NCBI GenBank assembly: GCA_024275415.1
Contig: JAJRZD010000062.1
Coordinates: 1-12,364 of the forward strand
DNA: 12,364 nucleotides
Direction of reading: 5' to 3'
Source: an archaeon
GTDB lineage: Archaea > Asgardarchaeota > Thorarchaeia > Thorarchaeales > Thorarchaeaceae
Each line of letters starts with the position of its first letter. Position 1 is the stretch's first letter. The notes under the pieces were generated by a model. That model did not search any database, was not told where the DNA came from, and saw only the letters and a program-made list of their open reading frames with translations. The position numbers and the translations under genes were made by a program. Positions 7,961 to 12,364 of the stretch are shown here, one piece after another.

Positions 7961-8704
7961 ATGTCGGATGATAACGCAATTGACCTAGCACAAAGAATCA
8001 TCAAGGATTCTAAAAGGATTATAGCTCTTACTGGCGCGGGAATCAGTGTCGATTCAGGCATCCCAGATTTCCGGTCTGAAGGAGGGCTATGGGAACGCTA
8101 TGACCCACACGAGTATGCGACGTATGACAGCTTTCTGGTAGATCCAAGCAAGTTCTGGACAATGGGTCAGGAGCTGGCAGACCTGATACTGAAAGCGCAG
8201 CCTAATGAAGCACACATAGCACTTGCTAACCTTGAAAAAACAGGAAAACTGCGTGGGGTCATCACCCAGAATATCGACAATCTCCACCAGACCGCCGGGA
8301 GCAAAAATGTTATCGAATTACATGGGAATTACTTGCGTGCGTATTGTATGGACTGTCACCATGAGTATGCAGACAATGAGATTCATCGCAGGGTCATCAA
8401 TGGTGAGATACCGCCAAAATGTGACAAGTGTGGAGGTATCCTGAAATCCGAGGCAGTCCTGTTCAACGAACCACTCCCAGAAAAGGCGATGGAAGAGGCT
8501 GTCGCACTTTGTAGGAACTGTGACTTGATGATTGTCATAGGGACGAGCCTCACTGTTTATCCCGCTGCGTTCTTGCCTCAGCTCGCAAAGAACTCTGGTG
8601 CAAAAATCATTCTAGTTAACCTTGAGGGTACAAACCGCGACAATGTAGCAGATGTCGTGCTTAGAGGAAGGGCCTCCAACATAGTTCCTCGAATCCTAGA
8701 GTAA
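7961..8704 (+). CDS. cobB: NAD-dependent protein deacylase, Sir2/CobB family
   Basis: TGAGISVDSGIPDFR, TQNIDNLH, ELHGN, Zn ligands CMDC/CDKC, GTSLTVYPAA and IILVN. The Tyr/Arg pair of class III desuccinylases is not evident (FWTMGQEL), suggesting a deacetylase. Confidence 0.95.
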   Translation: MSDDNAIDLAQRIIKDSKRIIALTGAGISVDSGIPDFRSEGGLWERYDPHEYATYDSFLVDPSKFWTMGQELADLILKAQPNEAHIALANLEKTGKLRGVITQNIDNLHQTAGSKNVIELHGNYLRAYCMDCHHEYADNEIHRRVINGEIPPKCDKCGGILKSEAVLFNEPLPEKAMEEAVALCRNCDLMIVIGTSLTVYPAAFLPQLAKNSGAKIILVNLEGTNRDNVADVVLRGRASNIVPRILE

Positions 8705-9025
8705 CGGAAATGCGAACCAAGAATACACTCCGATTCCACCCGGGACAAGAATCACTCCTAAAAGGATCAAGAAAGCACCAAGGTAGTACTTGTCATGATC
8801 CATGAACCACAGCCCGAGGTAGGAATAGCCATACGAAACAACGCAGGCTGTGAATCCCAGTACTATCACGGGAACCAGCGGTAATGCGATGCTTAGGAAA
8901 CCACCAACTTGTGTCCATAATAGTCCTATATTCAAAACCACAAAGAAGCCTCGTGTCGCTAGGTATGAGATTATGGAAACGAAGATGCCGACTTGTGAGA
9001 ATGTGATTCTTGCAGGTATGCTCAT
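8696..9025 (-). CDS. Small hypothetical integral membrane protein (about 3-4 TM)
   Basis: 109-aa strongly hydrophobic ORF that exactly fills the gap between cobB and citG, with GCTGAT (SD-like) 4 nt before the ATG. No family recognised. Confidence 0.65.
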   Translation of the reverse strand: MSIPARITFSQVGIFVSIISYLATRGFFVVLNIGLLWTQVGGFLSIALPLVPVIVLGFTACVVSYGYSYLGLWFMDHDKYYLGAFLILLGVILVPGGIGVYSWFAFPLL

Positions 9026-9116
9026 GGTAATCAGCAGTCATATTCGAGGTAAACACTCCAAATATCCTTTTTTCTATGCATGAACTTCATAAGGGACACA
9101 GCAGGAATGCACCACC

Positions 9117-10082
9117 ATGTCTAAAGTCCCATGGACGATTGCAAGCCTTGCACAACTATCAGTTCTACTCGAGGTAAGCTCTCCCAAACCTGGCAACGTG
9201 AATCGGCTTAGAGCATTCTCTGACACTGGGTACCGTCATTTTCTGGCAAGTGCAGCCTTGCTAGGTCATGGACTCTATATATCTGCTAAACGTGGTGTGG
9301 AACTTGTATCAGGGAAAATCGTTCCGAAAGAAGTGAAGTTGGGAGAACTGATTCTCCTATGCGCGCAAGATGTTTTCGGGGGACTGAACAGGAGGAACAC
9401 CATTCTAGGAACCATTCTCCTTTATATCCCTGTAGTGGTAAGCTCAGCAGCCGCTATCTATGAAACTCGATTACTTCACATACCAACACTAAGAAAATGG
9501 ATCACACATGTCATTGATGATACTACTACTCAGGACACTCTCGATTTGTACAAGGCATTCCTGCTCGCAAGTCCAGGCGGGAACAGGAATAGAGAAGTCC
9601 AGTCATGGAGCGAGATTCACGACAGGTATGATATCAACAACCCTGATGTGCTAGAGAACATCAGAGAGGACAATGTTACCTTACAAGAGCTGTTCAAATT
9701 ATCTTCTGACGTGGAGTCGCTGTCTAGGGAGTGGTCAACATACTTTCAGCTGACACTGGATGAGGTCTTCCCCTATCTTGATAAGATGTCCAGCGACCTT
9801 GAGAATCTTGAGGAGGGAGTCGTGAGGACATTTCTTTGGCTATTGTCAAAAAAACCAGATGGCCTGATAATCAAGAAAGTCGGATTGGAAAAAGCCATTG
9901 AGGTTCAAAGGCTGGCACAACAGGTCATGCAGGAGAGTCAGGACATTGACGAAACATCAACACTATTCAAAGAACTGGACACAATCCTCAGATCGGACGG
10001 CAATCGGCTCAATCCGGGGACTACAGCAGACATGGTATCTGTGGCCATTCTCCTCAAGTTGCTGCAGATGACTTACAGATAG
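9117..10082 (+). CDS. citG: CitG-family triphosphoribosyl-dephospho-CoA synthase homologue (archaeal type)
   Basis: LLEVSSPKPGNVNR, NTILGTILLYIP and GNRLNPGTTADMV match the CitG/MdcB family motifs (E...PKPGNV, NT..G, NPG..AD). Confidence 0.88.
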   Translation: MSKVPWTIASLAQLSVLLEVSSPKPGNVNRLRAFSDTGYRHFLASAALLGHGLYISAKRGVELVSGKIVPKEVKLGELILLCAQDVFGGLNRRNTILGTILLYIPVVVSSAAAIYETRLLHIPTLRKWITHVIDDTTTQDTLDLYKAFLLASPGGNRNREVQSWSEIHDRYDINNPDVLENIREDNVTLQELFKLSSDVESLSREWSTYFQLTLDEVFPYLDKMSSDLENLEEGVVRTFLWLLSKKPDGLIIKKVGLEKAIEVQRLAQQVMQESQDIDETSTLFKELDTILRSDGNRLNPGTTADMVSVAILLKLLQMTYR

Positions 10083-10083
10083 A

Positions 10084-10269
10084 TTAGCCAAGAATACCAG
10101 AATAGACGACCAATGCAAGAATGATTAACAGTGTACCTGTCGGAATAAGCATAATCAGCCCTTCCATCCTTTTGACCTTTCGAACCTCATTATGCGGGCC
10201 AAAGAGATAGCCTAGAAAGAGAATCAGACCTAGTACTATCATTATGGCGGTATATCCTTCGTGTGTCAT
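10084..10269 (-). CDS. 61-aa two-TM membrane microprotein
   Basis: Two hydrophobic helices separated by a charged loop (PHNEVRKVKRME). GAAGTGAGG lies just upstream of the ATG, and the stop abuts the citG stop with a 1-nt gap. Confidence 0.65.
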   Translation of the reverse strand: MTHEGYTAIMIVLGLILFLGYLFGPHNEVRKVKRMEGLIMLIPTGTLLIILALVVYSGILG

Positions 10270-10353
10270 AGCCTCACTTCATAGAGTATCTCGTCATACC
10301 ATCTTCTTAACTCTGACGATAGAAGATAGTTCTTGAAACGCCATAATCGTGAA

Positions 10354-10629
10354 TCACATTAAAACCAGTCTGAAGACATGTTCGTATTTCATCCGTAGCT
10401 CGCGGGCTTTCTCCAAGTTGATCAGATAGAGAGGCTGTCGCATATCGTGTAGGTTGGGAATCTTCCTGCACAAGTTTTCTCCCATCAATCTTCTCAGCGC
10501 AAAAGAAACAGTACGTGGAGCAAGATCAACTTTTTTGCTGATGTCCTTCGGCGTCATCGGGCCATCGGTCTGTAGTCGATCCAGTACGATGATTGCGCTG
10601 CGAGGGAGTTCAAAGCCGGACATCTTCAT
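10354..10629 (-). CDS. Small winged helix-turn-helix transcriptional regulator (MarR/ArsR-like archaeal type)
   Basis: GPMTPKDISKKVDLAPRTVSFALRRL HTH followed by the wing CRKIPNLHDMRQPLY. GGGTGAT lies at 10633-10639. The true start could be ATG 10629 or ATG 10623. Confidence 0.85.
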   Translation of the reverse strand: MKMSGFELPRSAIIVLDRLQTDGPMTPKDISKKVDLAPRTVSFALRRLMGENLCRKIPNLHDMRQPLYLINLEKARELRMKYEHVFRLVLM

Positions 10630-10718
10630 AGTATCACCCAGTTATGTAGTGAGCATGTTAAGACTTGTAAAAGGATTCACGAGACATAATATAAGGCAAC
10701 GGTTTTCCGCAGGTCTTA

Positions 10719-10740
10719 TCAATATTGAGTATCTACTCAA
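10719..10740. promoter_or_regulatory. Candidate operator: overlapping palindromes TCAATATTGA (10719-10728) and TTGAGTA-TC-TACTCAA (10725-10740)
   Basis: Both dyads were read directly from the sequence. They lie between the divergent wHTH and gyaR genes, adjacent to ATTATAA (10741-10747). Confidence 0.5.
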
Positions 10741-10810
10741 ATTATAACAGACAGGTGCGTAAATTTTATCGAGAAATGTAATTGCTTTCATATTATACGA
10801 GGCGAGATGA

Positions 10811-11797
10811 ATGAAGATATTTGTGACAAGAAATCTTCCGGGGAGAGCACTGTCCAGACTGAGCGAAGCTCACGAAGTAGATGTGTGGGAATATGAAACT
10901 CCACCTACAAAGGATCAGATCATCGAACGAGCAAAAGAATGTGCAGGCATCATCACACTCCTGTCGGACGATATCAGCAGAAACCTGATTGCTGCACTTC
11001 CGGAACTAAAGGTGATATCACAATATGCAGTGGGATACAATAACATAGATATTACAGAAGCCACTAGAAGGGGAATCATTGTAACGAACACTCCGGGAGT
11101 CCTTACAGAAGCAACAGCAGACCTCACTTGGGCATTGATTTTGTCTGTTGCAAGAAGAATTGCCGAGGCAGACAGATATGTTCGCGAAGGGGCGTGGAGA
11201 GTTGCATGGGGGCCTGAACTCCTGCTTGGAATGGATATCTTTGGTGCGACACTAGGGATTATCGGGATGGGGAGAATCGGGTATGCCGTTGCAAGAAGAA
11301 CGACTGGATTCGATATGCAGGTCCTCTATTACTCGCGTTCTGACACATATCTAACAAGGGCTGCTGAAAAGAACCTAGGCGCAATAAAGATGAGCCTTGA
11401 ACAACTTCTAGCTGAGGCAGACATTGTGAGCATCCACGTTCCTCTTACTGATCAGACGCGGAACATGATTGCTGGAAAGGAACTATCACTCATGAAGCAG
11501 ACTGCGATTCTGATAAACACCTCAAGAGGAGCCGTAGTCAATGAGAATGACCTGTATGAGTTCTTGAGGGAACGAAGGATCTATGGTGCCGGACTAGATG
11601 TGTTTCAACAAGAGCCTACACCTCTTGATAACCACTTATTGGAATTGGACAATGTGGTTGCAACACCTCATATCGGTAGTGCGACTGTTTCCACTCGAAA
11701 TCGAATGGCACAAATCGTGGTAGATAATATACTTCAAGCTTTGGACAACAAAAAGCCCAAGCACCTCGTCAACCATGAAGTGTATCATCAATCCTAA
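10811..11797 (+). CDS. gyaR: Glyoxylate reductase / D-isomer-specific 2-hydroxyacid dehydrogenase
   Basis: YAVGYNNID, VTNTPGVLTEATADL, Rossmann GIIGMGRIG followed by YYSRS, and the catalytic triad in INTSRG / DVFQQEP / TPHIGSAT. Strong resemblance to Thermococcales GyaR; substrate inferred from that similarity. Confidence 0.9.
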   Translation: MKIFVTRNLPGRALSRLSEAHEVDVWEYETPPTKDQIIERAKECAGIITLLSDDISRNLIAALPELKVISQYAVGYNNIDITEATRRGIIVTNTPGVLTEATADLTWALILSVARRIAEADRYVREGAWRVAWGPELLLGMDIFGATLGIIGMGRIGYAVARRTTGFDMQVLYYSRSDTYLTRAAEKNLGAIKMSLEQLLAEADIVSIHVPLTDQTRNMIAGKELSLMKQTAILINTSRGAVVNENDLYEFLRERRIYGAGLDVFQQEPTPLDNHLLELDNVVATPHIGSATVSTRNRMAQIVVDNILQALDNKKPKHLVNHEVYHQS

Positions 11798-11832
11798 GCG
11801 TGGATACATTCTGGGGACACAATGGTGTTTGT

Positions 11833-11864
11833 AAAAAAAAAGAAAGAAGGGGACTTGTGTCCCC
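11833..11864 (-). terminator. Hairpin plus U-tract terminator of the surface-protein gene
   Basis: The minus strand reads GGGGAC-ACAA-GTCCCC then TTCTTTC and T9, beginning 15 nt after the stop at 11880. Confidence 0.75.
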
Positions 11865-11879
11865 ATTGAACTAAAGTGC

Positions 11880-12364
11880 CTACCGCTTCTTGACCAAGAA
11901 CAGGATCAAGACAACGACTACGCCCACACCAATACCGCCAATCAATCCGACCCAGAGTAACATATCTGGTGGAATGACGAATCCCCCACCAGGTCCGGTA
12001 GGAGTAGTGGGTTCGGGTGTCTGAGTCACAGTTCCGGCTTCAAACGAATCCGAGTCAATCACATCAGTAAGACCGTACGTGTCTGTGACTCGCACCTGTA
12101 CTGTGTAATTCTTGATCAAGAATCCGGATGAGTCCCAATCGAAAGTTGTGGCTGTAAGACCCGTTGCGATGAGCTGGTAGGTTTCACCACCATCACCTGA
12201 CAACAGAAGTTCATAGGTATGATTGTCTTGAGCGTTCAGGTCTGTGATGGACCACGAAATAGTCTTGGTCGCACCCTCGCCAGTAACTGATACGTCCACG
12301 AAGTGTGGAGCGAAGTAGTTCTGGAAGGTCACGGCTGCAAGGTTCATTTCAAAGCCCATGTTAG
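11880..12364 (-). CDS. C-terminal part of a membrane-anchored extracellular/surface protein (5'-truncated by the window edge)
   Basis: The frame stays open past the listed ATG (12359) to the edge (xCT AAC ATG). It contains a beta-rich Ig/FN3-like segment with an Asp-box-like SGDGGETY, a P/T-rich linker (TQTPEPTTPTGP), a TM helix (LLWVGLIGGIGVGVVVVLILFLV) and a KKR stop-transfer tail. Confidence 0.85.
   Translation of the reverse strand, partial: NMGFEMNLAAVTFQNYFAPHFVDVSVTGEGATKTISWSITDLNAQDNHTYELLLSGDGGETYQLIATGLTATTFDWDSSGFLIKNYTVQVRVTDTYGLTDVIDSDSFEAGTVTQTPEPTTPTGPGGGFVIPPDMLLWVGLIGGIGVGVVVVLILFLVKKR

Noticed and set aside
9109-9120. Kozak-like contexts (GCACCACCATGT at citG; GCCATGG at 3580-3586)
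   Set aside because: Short matches expected by chance. Most genes here use SD motifs or overlaps, and there is no evidence of scanning initiation.
7961-10082. Sirtuin plus CitG as a joint ADP-ribose/ribosyl-transfer or anti-phage system
   Set aside because: The genes are separated by an opposite-strand gene, so they are not an operon. The sirtuin is a canonical Zn-binding deacylase, not a defence-type SIR2 NADase fusion.
11812-11865. MITE or IS remnant call for the 11-bp inverted repeat
   Set aside because: No target-site duplication, no transposase nearby and no second copy in the window; terminator function explains most of it.
8087-11866. Remaining small overlapping ORFs (8087-8287, 8223-8444, 8793-9056, 8850-9083, 10454-10747, 10915-11127, 11636-11866)
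   Set aside because: Each overlaps a better-supported gene in another frame or strand and shows no coherent domain or hydrophobicity pattern.
1-12364. CRISPR arrays, tRNA/rRNA genes, integrases or prophage genes
   Set aside because: No regularly spaced repeats, cloverleaf or rRNA-like segments, or mobile-element proteins; all gaps are at most about 200 nt and are accounted for.

Overview
A densely packed prokaryotic chromosomal segment of mostly housekeeping genes, with an archaeal signature: GGTGAT/GAGGT ribosome-binding sites, an MTH1675/AF0103-like protein, a stand-alone CitG, a Thermococcus-like glyoxylate reductase, and a DnaK lacking the Gram-negative-type insert. An Asgard (Thorarchaeia-like) origin is my best guess, but it is an inference from gene content and style only. 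Left to right: Xaa-Pro peptidase (-); a co-directional run of MFS transporter, PadR regulator, HAAS-domain 2-TM protein and PK_C-like putative flavoprotein (+); the grpE-dnaK-dnaJ operon (-); a divergent sirtuin (+); a 109-aa orphan membrane protein (-); a CitG homologue (+); a 61-aa membrane microprotein and a small winged-HTH regulator (-); glyoxylate reductase (+); and the C-terminal end of a membrane-anchored surface protein cut by the right edge (-). I see no rRNA, tRNA, CRISPR array, transposase, phage or defence gene, and no unequivocally new system. The best leads are a minimal PadR-HAAS membrane-signalling pair embedded in an efflux/flavoprotein operon next to the Hsp70 operon, a CitG with no citrate or malonate lyase partners, a wHTH-microprotein unit with an operator-like palindrome and a pseudoknot-like intergenic element, and a synonymously saturated GFDPSQM repeat in the DnaK tail.
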